Origin: an uncultured Planctomycetaceae bacterium
GTDB taxonomy: Bacteria > Planctomycetota > Planctomycetia > Isosphaerales > Isosphaeraceae
Direction: 5' to 3'
Assembly: GCA_963833985.1 (NCBI GenBank)
Contig: CAWIAD010000002.1
Coordinates: 1,632,001 to 1,696,000 of the forward strand
DNA length: 64,000 nt
In this document: one piece after another, positions 63,805 through 64,000 of the stretch
How the letters are laid out: the number at the start of each line of letters is the position of its first letter
How positions within the stretch are numbered: the stretch's first letter is position 1
Program-made: the position numbers and the translations under genes
The notes under the pieces: model-generated
Seen by the model: the letters and a program-made list of their open reading frames with translations, nothing else
Database searches by the model: none
Told to the model about the DNA's origin: nothing

Positions 63805-64000
63805 ATGAGAGTCCCTCGCATTCGTCTGGCTTTGGTGGCAGGTCTCGGCTGGTGCTGGTGTCTTTGCGCCGCGGGCGGTGTGTCGGCGGCAAGCGATGGG
63901 CCCACGTCCGCCGCGGCGAATCCCCTCGCCGACTCCGCGCTCTTTCCGATCGCCGTCTGGTTGCAGGATCCGGCCCAGGCCGCGAAGTACAAGGCTGCCG
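63805..64000 (+). CDS. Secreted protein, truncated by the window end (possibly glycoside hydrolase-like)
   Basis: GGAGG RBS, signal peptide, FPIAVWLQDP. Confidence 0.6.
   Translation, partial: MRVPRIRLALVAGLGWCWCLCAAGGVSAASDGPTSAAANPLADSALFPIAVWLQDPAQAAKYKAA

Overview
High-GC bacterial window, most likely a planctomycete of the Isosphaeraceae type (inferred from three DUF1559 prepilin-like genes, DUF4058, TPR-ASPIC/UnbV and archaeal-type C1 genes). 4.3-16.5 kb is a tetrahydromethanopterin/methanofuran (H4MPT/MFR) C1-transfer cluster: fhcB-fhcA-fhcD-fhcC-mch, then RimK-like, CitG-like, PTPS, HisA-like and MfnD/F/E-like genes. It is followed by an ebo-like inositol-phosphate synthase/UbiA/TIM-barrel block, and the whole 16.7 kb is bracketed by two near-identical 106-bp MITE-like repeats. 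21-34 kb is an accessory region of DUF1559+lipoprotein cassettes, a membrane-anchored HEAT protein, a TMTC-like TPR glycosyltransferase and a TPR-ASPIC/UnbV protein. The strongest novel signal is two inverted copies of a nested mobile element: a Tn5-like IS4 core inside REP-containing MITE arms. Their 11-bp flanking duplications are reciprocally exchanged, which records an inversion of the 17.4 kb between them (35627-53023). Undoing the inversion rebuilds a HEAT-sulfatase-like-ASPIC/UnbV gene run. More than 15 genes carry apparent 1-bp frameshifts, probably long-read consensus errors. No rRNA, tRNA or CRISPR array was seen. All family assignments are from motif recognition by eye, not database searches.
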